Part shown: piece by piece, positions 10,954 through 18,833 of the stretch
How the letters are laid out: each line of letters opens with the position of its first letter
Position numbering within the stretch: the first letter of the stretch is position 1
Source of the DNA: Oikopleura dioica
Taxonomy: Eukaryota > Animalia > Chordata
DNA: 64,000 nucleotides
Direction: 5' to 3'
NCBI GenBank assembly: GCA_907165135.1
Contig: OU015568.1
Coordinates: forward strand, 15,015,208 to 15,079,207
The notes under the pieces: generated by a model
Database searches by the model: none
What the model saw: only the letters and a program-made list of their open reading frames with translations
What the model was told of the DNA's origin: nothing
Position numbers and translations under genes: made by a program

Positions 10954-11139
10954 ATGGCCGGTCAAATACACGTCCATTCACTTGGCATGCTTCAGGAATT
11001 TGTACTTGAAATAAACGAATTCTCGCAGCAGGTTTACCAAGCTGCAAATGACGAATTCGATCTTACGGTGGAAGAAGTTTTGCCCAGAATTACTCCGGTA
11101 ATATTGAAAATAAAAGCGCTAATTAAATATGATAGATAA
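10954..11139 (+). CDS. Small helical ORFan (61 aa)
   Basis: TATAAAAG at 10895-10902 upstream; amphipathic-looking sequence; its stop overlaps the next start (TAATG). Confidence 0.45.
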   Translation: MAGQIHVHSLGMLQEFVLEINEFSQQVYQAANDEFDLTVEEVLPRITPVILKIKALIKYDR

Positions 11140-11330
11140 TGACACGAGTAGCCGTAATTGAGCACTGTTTTACTCACTGCAGCTACTGGGCGAATCTCAC
11201 CCAAAATCCAACGGTAACAAATTTGAAAGAAAAAGTAACCCAACTTTGCGACAACGTACGAATCATTATCAACGACCATTTGCTCGATGGCGATTCATCA
11301 TCTTCCGACGGCTCCGAACACTCAATTTAG
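11139..11330 (+). CDS. Small ORFan (63 aa) with acidic/Ser tail
   Basis: Starts in the TAATG overlap with the previous ORF; followed by a UTR-like tract containing AATAAA. Confidence 0.4.
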   Translation: MTRVAVIEHCFTHCSYWANLTQNPTVTNLKEKVTQLCDNVRIIINDHLLDGDSSSSDGSEHSI

Positions 11331-11498
11331 CATCAAGACTTCTACTCGACCACTCACTTATCTCTCTCACTTTCCTATCTCTCACAACCCATTATCTCAC
11401 CGCATGTACTCACTCTCACAATAAAGACAAAGATAAATGTACAAATTATAAGAAATTTTATTTGCAGCTATTTTCAGCGCAGGAATAAATGAAAAAAA

Positions 11499-11520
11499 AG
11501 CTTTCTCGCGAGAGAAAGCT
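11499..11520. terminator. 9-bp stem hairpin AGCTTTCTC-GCGA-GAGAAAGCT between convergent genes, with a T-tract on the minus strand
   Basis: Perfect inverted repeat read directly, 8 nt after the stop of the minus-strand gene. Function is inferred only. Confidence 0.35.
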
Positions 11521-11528
11521 TGAGTCCA

Positions 11529-12258
11529 TTAGTTGTCCTTCCATCCATCCCCCTTGAAACTGAAAGCGCGACCGTTCTTGGTCAAAAACATAAATTTGAC
11601 CTTGGACTCGACGAGATCGCGCCAGAGGTTGTTGAAGCGACGGTTGTAGGTGTCCTCGATCTCCCAGGCGCGACGCTTGATGATTTCCTTGTCGCGGGCG
11701 CAGAGGTCCTGGGTGAGCATCCGAACGATCAGCTCAGTGGTGGGCTCCCCCTTGAAGTCCTTTTGATACACCGGCTCCGGTGCCTCAACGGGGACGGTTC
11801 GTGCTAAAATATAAATAAATAAATAAAAATCAACATAAGAAAAATGAACTTACAGGTACCAGGCGGGGGCGCCTGCTCCTCTTCGGTGCCGGATCGGCGA
11901 GTGTTCTTGGCGGCGGGGGTCTTTTTCCAGATCTTCATCTTGTCGACCAGTTTTTCGCCGCCGCCTCGTGAAGTTTCCACAGATTCGATGGATGACGTTT
12001 CGGAGAGCCCATCGGACGAGGAGGACGAGAAGAGCTCGGTCGAAGAGGTGGCTTCGGCGAGAGCGTGCTTGGCCTCCTTCAAGTGCGCCTCGGTCTCCCG
12101 GATTGCCTTTTGAAGGGTGGTTAGCCGAGCGGCAGCGCTTCGTGTTCTCTAGAATTATTTGTTTGATCATTTCAATTTCTTATAGAATTACTCTAACTCT
12201 ATTAATTATTATCTATTAATCAAATTATTTATGCGAGAACCCAAGTACTTACAGTCAT
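11529..12258 (-). CDS. Three-exon accessory protein, ~191 aa (exons 12258-12253, 12148-11854, 11803-11529): coiled coil, Ser-rich linker, helical C-terminus
   Basis: GTAAGT donors and TAG acceptors give a continuous frame MTRTRSAAARLTTLQKAIRE...WKDN; strong C/G third-position bias. Confidence 0.7.
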
Positions 12259-12377
12259 GCCGAAAAAAAGCCGTTTGCGTCTTCTCCCTTCGGTGAACAA
12301 CTCAAGACTGACAAATTTTTAATTTTTGCAAGTCATAAACATGTGTTCTAGAGATTTCGAATTCCTGGAAAAAGGAC

Positions 12378-12432
12378 GTTCGAGAGAGAAAATGCATGTT
12401 CGAGAGAGAAAATGCATGTTCGAGAGAGAAAA
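12378..12432. repeat. 20-bp tandem repeat GTTCGAGAGAGAAAATGCAT x~2.8 in a divergent intergenic region
   Basis: Direct reading. Confidence 0.85.
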
Positions 12433-12585
12433 ATAAAATGTTCTCGAGAAACTACTGTTTAGCCCAAGATCTAATCCAAAGTATGAAAAATCATACTGCC
12501 TGGCATTAAGCACACGTGGAGACGGAGGAAATAAAAAAGAGGCCGGATTAATTTTAAATCATTCTTTTCCGTAAATCGGGAGAAA

Positions 12586-13140
12586 ATGGGAGATCGTTCA
12601 ACTGAGCCCCCAATAGAAACTAAACGAGCGATTGAAAAGGAAGCTAAGGAAGGTCCAATAGCTCCTATTGAAACTTACTATGAATATCTCGATTTTGTCG
12701 AAGATAGCATCGGCAAAGAGCCGCGGCGATTTATTCCAAATGAAAACAATCGGCTGTGGCAAGCCGAGGGTGACCCATATCTTTACCCAGCAGCTTCGCT
12801 GAATGAGGCGATTACACGCGCAAATCTTCCATATAGTCGCAAAATGAAAGAAAAGCTAAAACACGGTATGGAATATGATCGTGGACTTATAATTTTTAAT
12901 AAACATCATTATAATTATATTTCCTACAACATCAACAACGATCCTCTGCTAATTGGTGTTATTCGCGAGCTGCGGACAACTACAGAAATGCGGATGCAAG
13001 AAGAAAAACGCCGCGCTCTATCATCTGCAGAATCGGAATCGAACTGCAGCAACTCAAGCTCAGACGACGACGAGAAAAACAAGACGCGAATTACGTGTCC
13101 AAATACTCCTGGTACTGAGAAAACAACAAAACATGAATAA
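12586..13140 (+). CDS. Polinton ORFan, 184 aa, acidic C-terminal tail
   Basis: Long ORF with protein-like composition; no family recognised. Confidence 0.65.
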   Translation: MGDRSTEPPIETKRAIEKEAKEGPIAPIETYYEYLDFVEDSIGKEPRRFIPNENNRLWQAEGDPYLYPAASLNEAITRANLPYSRKMKEKLKHGMEYDRGLIIFNKHHYNYISYNINNDPLLIGVIRELRTTTEMRMQEEKRRALSSAESESNCSNSSSDDDEKNKTRITCPNTPGTEKTTKHE

Positions 13141-13544
13141 ATGTGTCTGTACTCTTTATTGCTTGTCTTTTGCGCCGAAACAAGTTTATCAAGAGGCAGA
13201 TTATCGGGATGGAAAGAGGCAAGAAGGTCGTAGATTTTGCGTTTGAGTCGGGTGAGTCCTCGCTGTACTTGATCGCGTTGCTGCAAGCATTTTCCCATTT
13301 TGGTGCGAATCATTTGCAACATTTGCGGTCGTTTGTAGTTGCATGGGTGAGCAGGCGAGTGGTGACGGTAACTGTCCCATTTGAGAAATCGCTTTTTCCA
13401 CTTTTTCAGCGTGATTTCGTTTTCTTTGAGGACCGCTTCAAGAATTTCAACTTGACGTAAAAAGAGACTAAGGGTTGGAGACGATGGACAGCACCACGAA
13501 TCGCCCTTGCAAAAATTTTGAGTATTTTCAAAAGTGATTTTCAT
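12924..13544 (-). CDS. Polinton ORFan with two coiled-coil-like segments (3' end uncertain)
   Basis: Open frame with helical heptad-like stretches; CCGTATTTAT motif ~30 nt upstream. The last ~70 codons overlap the opposite-strand ORF, so the true 3' end may differ. Confidence 0.5.
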   Translation of the reverse strand: MKITFENTQNFCKGDSWCCPSSPTLSLFLRQVEILEAVLKENEITLKKWKKRFLKWDSYRHHSPAHPCNYKRPQMLQMIRTKMGKCLQQRDQVQRGLTRLKRKIYDLLASFHPDNLPLDKLVSAQKTSNKEYRHIYSCFVVFSVPGVFGHVIRVLFFSSSSELELLQFDSDSADDRARRFSSCIRISVVVRSSRITPISRGSLLML

Positions 13545-13681
13545 TCTTATTTTTGAAGAGCGAGAGCGTAATATAAATACGGACGCTCAGCATGTGCATT
13601 TACGTTTTTCGATTAACGATCAATCTGCAAAAGTCAATTATGAAAGGCAGCTCCCACAGAGAGAAAAATCAATTTTCAAAT

Positions 13682-14059
13682 TTATTTTTTATCAGGCAGA
13701 AGAATGCTTGGGGTCGCATCAAGTGCATTGAAAATGTAGAGCTTTGAATTGTCAGGCCAGATGCACTCGTTGAAGCCCATGATCTCGAGTTCCTTGATGT
13801 AGTGTCGTTGAAGAGCGCAGATCGGATTTGGGCAGAAACAGTTGCCCAGTATTTTGACCACATCGTAGCCCGATTGAGTGATCCAACCTTGACCTCCAGA
13901 GGGTGGGCGAACAAAGCCAGTAGAATCTAAAACAGTGGCAAAATCACGAGGATGCTGGAGCCATTCTCGTGCCAAGACAGCCAACTCAGGGTGACTTTTA
14001 TCGACGATTTTTTTGACCGGAGGCCAGTAGGACAGTTTAGGTTTTTTACGTTGATTCAT
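13682..14059 (-). CDS. Accessory family B copy 1 (125 aa)
   Basis: Shares ELxxLA, GF, TQxGxD(V/I)(V/I)xI, C-x4-C and (W/Y)Pxxxx IF with 14098-14631 and 16460-16855. Confidence 0.75.
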   Translation of the reverse strand: MNQRKKPKLSYWPPVKKIVDKSHPELAVLAREWLQHPRDFATVLDSTGFVRPPSGGQGWITQSGYDVVKILGNCFCPNPICALQRHYIKELEIMGFNECIWPDNSKLYIFNALDATPSILLPDKK

Positions 14060-14097
14060 TCTGAATAATTTTTCTATTTTATTTACGAGAAAAGAGT

Positions 14098-14631
14098 TTA
14101 TTTTTGGAGCTCTTTTGGAACTCGCTTGTTATCAGTGCATTGAGTAGCGTAGAAAATGTACAGTTCTTGTGGATAATCAGGAGAGTGCACATTTTTGTCA
14201 CAGCTAAAAGAAACGCCTTGAATCCATTGATGTTTGAGCTCGCATATTGGATCGCCGCATGAGCCATCTTCGAGAATTTGAATAATGTCGAGGCCTTCTT
14301 GGGTGACTGTAGGAATGCCATTTTTATCCAATGTAAAGCCCTTTTCATGAATGACTCCTTCGTAATCTTCGTAATTGCTACTGTAGTGATCGGCAAGGAC
14401 TCGTAGCTCATCGTGGTTTCTTTCGAGGAGAAGATTGTCATCTATAATGCGCATTGGGCTCTGGGGAGGCTCGCCCGCAGTAGAATTGGCGTCCTCCTCG
14501 ACACCATTGTCGTTGTTGTTTTCATCGCGAGGATTCATTTCCAAAGACTGGCTGCCTGGCTGCTCGTCTTTGGTTAGAGCTGGAAGTTTTGGCTGCTGCT
14601 GCTGCTTTTCGATTGGTATATGATCGCTCAT
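14098..14631 (-). CDS. Accessory family B copy 2 (177 aa, acidic disordered N-terminus)
   Basis: Family B motifs; TATAAAAA at 14668-14675 (minus strand) upstream. Confidence 0.75.
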   Translation of the reverse strand: MSDHIPIEKQQQQPKLPALTKDEQPGSQSLEMNPRDENNNDNGVEEDANSTAGEPPQSPMRIIDDNLLLERNHDELRVLADHYSSNYEDYEGVIHEKGFTLDKNGIPTVTQEGLDIIQILEDGSCGDPICELKHQWIQGVSFSCDKNVHSPDYPQELYIFYATQCTDNKRVPKELQK

Positions 14632-14667
14632 GCCAATGAAATTGAATTCTAGCGATTCAAACGTCGC

Positions 14668-14675
14668 TTTTTATA
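14668..14675 (-). promoter_or_regulatory. TATA box (TATAAAAA) upstream of the family B pair
   Basis: Canonical sequence ~36 nt upstream of ATG 14631. Confidence 0.55.
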
Positions 14676-14990
14676 CAGTATCATCATCCATCTAGTGGCC
14701 GGCTTATTGAAAGGCCCAAGTTATACTACACCAGTATTTTATATATACTGAAAATGTTCTTGAACTTAGAATCCCGGGCGGCAGCGGCGGCTGCGCATAA
14801 TAACATGTGCAGCTCATCATCATCATCATTATGGTCAATTAAGCGCTAATTAACAGCAACCCTCTCAAAATCAGCTTGCACCCTGCTCGCCGCGGCGCTG
14901 TTCTTATCACCTGTTACACCGTATTTATGCGCGAAAGAAACGCTACCTGTCATCAAAATCAAATCAACAAAACAAGAAGAAAAGAAGAAG

Positions 14991-15248
14991 ATGTTCAAAA
15001 AGATGCTCAAGAAGATGTTCAAGAAGATGCTCAAGAATATTTTCAAGAAGCTGCTCAAGAAAATGTTTAAGAACATCCTCAAGAAGATGTTCAAGAAGAT
15101 GCTCAAGAAAATGTTCAAGAAAATAATGACAGCAATTCTTTTTGTTGCTGCTGTTTGGCTTGGACTTTTTCTTAAAAACGTTGTAATCTATCTGTTTATA
15201 GCTTTTTGGGTAGTTGTAACTTTTTTCATGATTACTGCCCTTATGTAA
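14991..15248 (+). CDS. Small membrane protein with cationic (KKMF/KKML)n repeat and two hydrophobic segments (85 aa)
   Basis: 12-bp tandem repeat whose variation falls mostly at third codon positions in this frame, followed by ~40 hydrophobic codons. The upstream region is homologous to that of 16094-16240. Confidence 0.55.
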   Translation: MFKKMLKKMFKKMLKNIFKKLLKKMFKNILKKMFKKMLKKMFKKIMTAILFVAAVWLGLFLKNVVIYLFIAFWVVVTFFMITALM

Positions 15249-16093
15249 ATTAGAAAAAAAACTCACTGTACATTTTTGAACATATGCATTTTTGAACATT
15301 TTAATCACTGTACATTTTTTCACTGTAAATATTTTATTCATCTCATTAAATCATCAGAATTGTATTTTAATAATTTCCTTCTCAAAGCATTTTTTGATAT
15401 GAATTTTGAATTCATTTTAGCACAGTAATAAAAATTTTGTTTGACAACCTTATAAGCTTTATCATTTACATTCATTTTGCCTCATTTTATTTATTTATTT
15501 ATTTATTTATTTATTTTAACGCTTGATTTTCAAAGGACTTTCTGACGTTACTCTCGATTTCATTTTAAAACAGTAATAATTTTGTAAAAACAGTTTTATT
15601 TCAGAGAATGCTGGCTTCACTGGTTATTCGACTTGTCGCTCTTCATTTTAAAAAGAATATTTTTCGTATGGCTACAGGAACTTGCTCATCAACATGCATC
15701 TCGTTTCATTTTGGAAATGAGGAAAAAGTAAGTGAGAAAGTTGATTCAAAAACTATTGCTTACGAGCGCTTTTAGTGGAAAATAGTATTTTCGATTTTCT
15801 AAGCCAGAAAGTATTGACGTAATGATTGATTAAATTTTACTTTTTCAACCGTAAATTTTGGTTGACCTAAAAGTTTTCTTATCGCATCTCAATAACCCTA
15901 ATTAGCAGCGTGATATGCTGATTGCATGCACCTTGTTAATGAAGATTGCTAGAACCTGGAGTGAGGGTAGCGGCGGCGCGTTTCGATCACCTGCTCAACC
16001 ATATTTATGCGAAGCAAAAACGGTACTCTTCATCAAATTCAATTAACTGTTTTTAGCAAAGAAGAAAAAGAAGCCCAAAGAAGAAAGAAGAAG

Positions 16094-16240
16094 ATGATCA
16101 AGTTTATTGAAGGTTTTTGTCATCATATCATCTACTTGTATATTACCATGGCAATTGCATATATTTTTGCCTTTTTTATTGCTTGCACATTGATTACCAC
16201 TTCACTGTATACTCTTGTAAATATAGTTTCATTTTTATAA
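16094..16240 (+). CDS. Small hydrophobic membrane protein (48 aa; frame also open from 16007), probable paralog of 14991-15248
   Basis: Same AAGAAGAAG-ATG context and a conserved upstream block (TCACCTG...CC(G/A)TATTTATGCG...CATCAAA.TCAA); long hydrophobic stretch. Confidence 0.45.
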   Translation: MIKFIEGFCHHIIYLYITMAIAYIFAFFIACTLITTSLYTLVNIVSFL

Positions 16241-16459
16241 ATTTTTTAGTTTACTTTTTAGTTTTCTTTTTAGTTTTCTTTTATGATTTCACTAGTGAAA
16301 ATATGCTACTGGAATTGCTAGTGCGGTGTGGATAGTAAACTTGAGTTGCTCAAAAGCAACTCAATTAAAAAACTTGTTAAACATTTAACAACTTTTATTT
16401 TTATGGTTTTTTAAAATTTTTTGTAGAAGTAGCAGCAGCGAGTTTTAAAGAGAGACAGA

Positions 16460-16855
16460 TTACTGATTTGGCAAAGTCCACTCCGCAGGAAGTCGTTCTT
16501 TTGGCGTTCGATCAAGCAACTTGAAAATGGTCATATCCTCCGGGTAGTGGTATTCTTCGCAGGGTTGGTAAGCGTTGCAATCAATCAAGTCCATCAAGTA
16601 TTTGTGCTTGAAGCGGCAAAAGTCGCTTGAGCAAGAATTGTCGGTGACTATTTGAATTATGTCAAAGCCCGGCTGAGTGACTCCCTCGTTGACGCCAGAG
16701 TATTTGAATCCAGTTTTTGTCAGAATCTCATCACGAGCGTTTTCATCAGCTAAAAGAGCTTGAGCAATTTTGTTGAGCTCTTGGCGACTCTTGAGAACGT
16801 TCACTTGGACATCTTTGTCATCGTGTCCATAACAGCAGGAGAAGCCAGGACACAT
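16460..16855 (-). CDS. Accessory family B copy 3 (~131 aa, from MCPGFSCC)
   Basis: Family B motifs. A 42-nt GTAAGT...TTAAG 5'UTR intron (16859-16900) ends 3 nt before the ATG. Confidence 0.75.
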   Translation of the reverse strand: MCPGFSCCYGHDDKDVQVNVLKSRQELNKIAQALLADENARDEILTKTGFKYSGVNEGVTQPGFDIIQIVTDNSCSSDFCRFKHKYLMDLIDCNAYQPCEEYHYPEDMTIFKLLDRTPKERLPAEWTLPNQ

Positions 16856-17228
16856 GATCTTAAAACGGAATAAAAATCGAAAATGGCACATGGAACTTAC
16901 GGTAACGTAAAAATAGACAGCTCAAATGTCAGAGCAGCGGTGGAATATATAGTCGAGATAATCCCCTCCGGGCGCGGTGGCGGCGGGGCCCAGATGTGTG
17001 GCGGAGCACTGGCACATCCGCGACTCTCGCTTCAAGCCAACAGATCAGTTTGGACTTTTTCACTTTTGAAAGCACAGCAACTTCTTTTTTCTTTATTTTT
17101 GTTGAGTCGAAGAACCATAAACCTAAAATATGATTAGTTGAATGTATAAATATGTAAATATGTAAATAAATTGAATTTTAATATTTTATCAATTTAGTAT
17201 GGAAAAATCGAACTAACACTAATTATGA

Positions 17229-17301
17229 TTCATCCCTTTTTGGGTTCATCCCTTTTTTGGGATCATCCATTTTTTGGGTTCATCCCTTTTGGGTCATCCC
17301 C
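17229..17301. repeat. Subterminal ~16-bp tandem repeat TTCATCCC(T)nGGG x4.5, probably within the right TIR
   Basis: Direct reading; each unit contains a CCC-Tn-GGG mini-hairpin; ~145 bp from the element end. Confidence 0.8.
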
Positions 17302-17430
17302 ACCATGAGTACATTGCAGTCTGAAGAGCAAAACCAGGCCAGAGAGCCGCCTCGGGCCGTGAGTGCCAGGGAACAGTGATCCATTTTCATCAGCCAATGA
17401 GCGACAGAGAAAAACGCCTGAACAACAGTC

Positions 17431-17451
17431 ACTACTATAACTACTAGCGAA
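17431..17451. other. Polinton right terminus ACTACTATAACTACT (17431-17445) and predicted 6-bp TSD AGCGAA (17446-17451)
   Basis: Polinton termini are typically AG...CT with short (AGT)n repeats and 6-bp TSDs. The matching left end is not in the window. Confidence 0.7.
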
Positions 17452-17634
17452 TCCCTTATCTTGACAAGAAGATTAATCATAAAACTGCTGACGATCTTCA
17501 AAGATGGAATGGATGAGAGTAGATTTAGCGCCTCGGTCGTCTGAGGCGCGCTCCACCAGGTGTCGAGCCGAGGCTTTAAATTCGCGAAGGGGTCAGCTTG
17601 AAATGCATTCAAACAAATCGAGCTAGTATAAAAT

Positions 17635-18549
17635 ATGAACATTCAAACTGCGATTTCTTTCCTTTTTGTTCTTGTTTGCACATTCGCGGTTGTTTCCGGC
17701 GCTCGAGCAGTTCCATTTCTTTTCAAGGTATGGCTTTATAATAACAACTGATTTTTGAAGAGATATTATTAAAAAAATAGCTTTTATTTGAAGAAATTGA
17801 ATTAGTTAACGGAAGAAAATTCTTGCTTCTATATTTTTGGCCATTGTTACAAAGTTCACGCCAAAACTAAATGATCGTTATTACTGTAAGATTGCGGAAG
17901 GCGGTCCCATCTAAGCTTGCTTGAGCCTCAGATTAGACGGAAAACTCTCCACAAATCCACTTCGATACCAATCTTTACAGTTTTAACCCGCTTTAAAGCA
18001 TAAGAGAGTGTTTCGAACTCAGCAGAACTCGAAAAATCTGGCTGGCCGGAACTCAGAATAATCTCACTGACCTTTTAAAAGTCGTTTTTGCATTTGTTTT
18101 GCGCCTGTAAAGAGCCACAAACTCGATTTTAAACGTCATTGAGCAATATTTTTAACCTGACAAGAATGGATCACATGATTATGAAGGAAAATCTACAGGT
18201 TGCTACATATCTAGACATCAAGATGGAACATATTCTTAGGAATTAAATGCTGAGCCGAATATGATATCTTATCTGCTAGATTTCATTTGCTTATTTTAAC
18301 TATATTCCTCGATATAGATAGATATGTGTTCGAACTTTACCCCTTCAATTTTAATCTAGATCACTGTCTTATTTTGACAGCCCGTTCATATATTGTCAAA
18401 TATAGCCTTGAATAGTTAATAACATGAATTTTCAGAGAAGCCCGAATTCGGCATTCACTGGAGAAACTGAAGACGGCAGCTACCTCCCATTTCTCCTCAA
18501 TCGACCTCGCTTCGAAACCCGCGGAAGAGCTGTTCCCTTCCTTTTTTAA
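17635..18549 (+). CDS. Putative neuropeptide precursor, 68 aa (exons 17635-17727, 18436-18549), encoding AVPFLF twice
   Basis: Signal peptide MNIQTAISFLFVLVCTFAVVSG, then R-AVPFLF-KR (KR formed across the GT-AG junction), an acidic spacer, LPFLLN-R, and RGR-AVPFLF-stop. Confidence 0.75.
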
Positions 18550-18833
18550 TTCATCATCTGAAGAGCTTCACATCCAGAGTTTTTAATATTTTGACACTTT
18601 CTTGTTATCATGCGGCTCTCAAAATAAATAAACAAAAAATGAAACAAAAAAAGGACACTTTGAAAAATAGCTGAATTTACGAGTTTTGGAGACAAGCAAG
18701 AGTAGTGATTTACGCTATCGTATTAATGCTGAGCATAATGTAAATTTGCTTGAATTTGGGGAAGAGATAAGGAAGACCGCGCGCGTCAGAAATTCATCAT
18801 TCATTTCTCAAGGAGAAAGAGAGAGACTGAGAA

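Larger units (their letters stand above)
1..17445. mobile_element. Polinton/Maverick-type endogenous virus, right-hand portion (left end outside window)
   Basis: pPolB, DJR major capsid, DDE integrase and packaging ATPase genes lie together. The element ends in ...ACTACTATAACTACT (reverse complement AGTAGTTATAGTAGT, a typical Polinton (AGT)n terminus), followed by host genes. Confidence 0.93.

Noticed and set aside
16600-16760. BIR/IAP-like look of LTKTGFKYSG in family B copy 3
   Set aside because: The other two paralogs lack it, and the BIR CxxC...H...C spacing is absent.
14985-17301. Short tandem arrays (14985-15120, 17229-17301; also 32870-32960) as CRISPR-like arrays
   Set aside because: No unique spacers of constant length, no cas genes, eukaryotic context.
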